The notes below the pieces were generated by a model. It worked only from the letters and a program-made list of their open reading frames with translations. It was not told the DNA's origin and searched no databases. A program made the translations under genes and the position numbers. A stretch of DNA of 22,396 bases from assembly GCF_006345805.1 (NCBI RefSeq), contig NW_021824047.1, forward strand, positions 1 through 22,396, in the 5' to 3' direction. Origin of the DNA: Octopus sinensis. Its lineage: Eukaryota. Positions 21,529 through 22,396 of this stretch are shown piece after piece (position 1 is the stretch's first letter; each line of letters opens with the position of its first letter).

Positions 21529-21850
21529 TCTCTTATTATAAAGGGCAGATTTTATCTGCCTCCCTTTGTAACTTATAGAAATCTACATATAGGATTTCTT
21601 CAATTACAATTTACCTAGCATTTTTAGAGTAAATGCATGGTCATGCCAGGTCCAGTTTTTAAAATTTAAACTCTCAATTAAGCAAAATTTACAGAAAACT
21701 CACATTCTGGTGTGTATGTCAAATGTTTTTCTTAATGTGGTTTACACACCACACGCAAACGCACACACACACAAAGGGAGCGAATTGTTCACTGACGCTA
21801 TCACCCTTCTCCTCCTTTTCTTTGCAAGGTTGCAGCTATTAAAGTGAAAA
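21529..21850 (+). mobile_element. Helitron-like 5' end
   Basis: Homology to the cluster unit stops abruptly at A|TCTCTTATTATAAAG; subterminal hairpin GGCAGAT-tt(t)-ATCTGCC. Confidence 0.45.
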
Positions 21851-21853
21851 CGT

Positions 21854-22160
21854 GAATCCGACAGCGATAAAGAAAACGAATTGGTACCTGAATGGAGTGA
21901 AAATTTAAAAACTGTTTCATTCGGTGATTTTTCTGAAGAAACTGCACCAAGCCACAGACTTTCCCAGAAGAGTAAAGCCTTAGACTATTTCTATTTACTT
22001 TTTCGAATGAGCCCATTTGAATCATACGGCGGCAGAAACGAAACGTTACGCTAAACGTAAACAAAACGAAAGAAAGGATAGTTTGTTATTTCCCACAACC
22101 TTAAATGAAATTAAGGCCTATTTTGCCATAAATATTATTATGGGTATCAGAAAGTTTACC
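21854..22160 (+). pseudogene. piggyBac (PGBD-like, DDE_Tnp_1_7) transposase N-terminal fragment
   Basis: ESDSDKENELVPEWSENLKTVSFGDFSEETAPSH...KALDYFYLLF (frameshift) AAETKRYA...PTTLNEIKAYFAINIIMGIRK. Confidence 0.8.
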
Positions 22161-22396
22161 CAGAATAACAAATTCTATCGTAAAATTGTGTTGTATACCC
22201 AATTGAATATTAGCTAATAACCCATTTTCTATAGCGATGTTGAACAAAATTTTAATAATTTTATATATTGTTGAATTACCTGTATCTACTACTGCAATTA
22301 GAGTCACTTTGTGACAAAAATTATAGTATAGAATAGGTTGAGGACATTTCATTAAATTATCTTCCAAAATTCACGTTAATATATTGATAAATAAAA

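Overview
AT-rich, microsatellite-dense eukaryotic DNA with no intact protein-coding gene. The SINE families and repeat texture look like a cephalopod (Octopus-like) genome; this is inferred from recalled repeat sequences and is unverified. The backbone is a tRNA-Leu cluster of 19 copies: 13 anticodon AAG (one deletion pseudogene, two more damaged) and 6 anticodon TAG. The copies sit in nested tandem duplications with periods of ~1.5 kb, ~2.3 kb and ~7.1 kb. The spacers are built from transposon debris: a Merlin/ISXO2-like transposase remnant (x5), a composite tRNA-derived SINE (x6), a hAT/Charlie-type MITE (x4), a 5'-truncated RTE LINE (x2, with TSD and a visible empty site), a CR1/L2 LINE fragment, a Helitron-like end followed by a piggyBac fragment, and a 65-bp 28S rRNA fragment. 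The most notable item is a 565-bp-period tandem insertion at 14792-15693 carrying an apparently intact type I hammerhead ribozyme (15350-15412), which fits a Penelope pLTR or retrozyme. Three other unrelated hammerhead-bearing relics are also present. Almost all ORFs in the supplied track are microsatellite artefacts.
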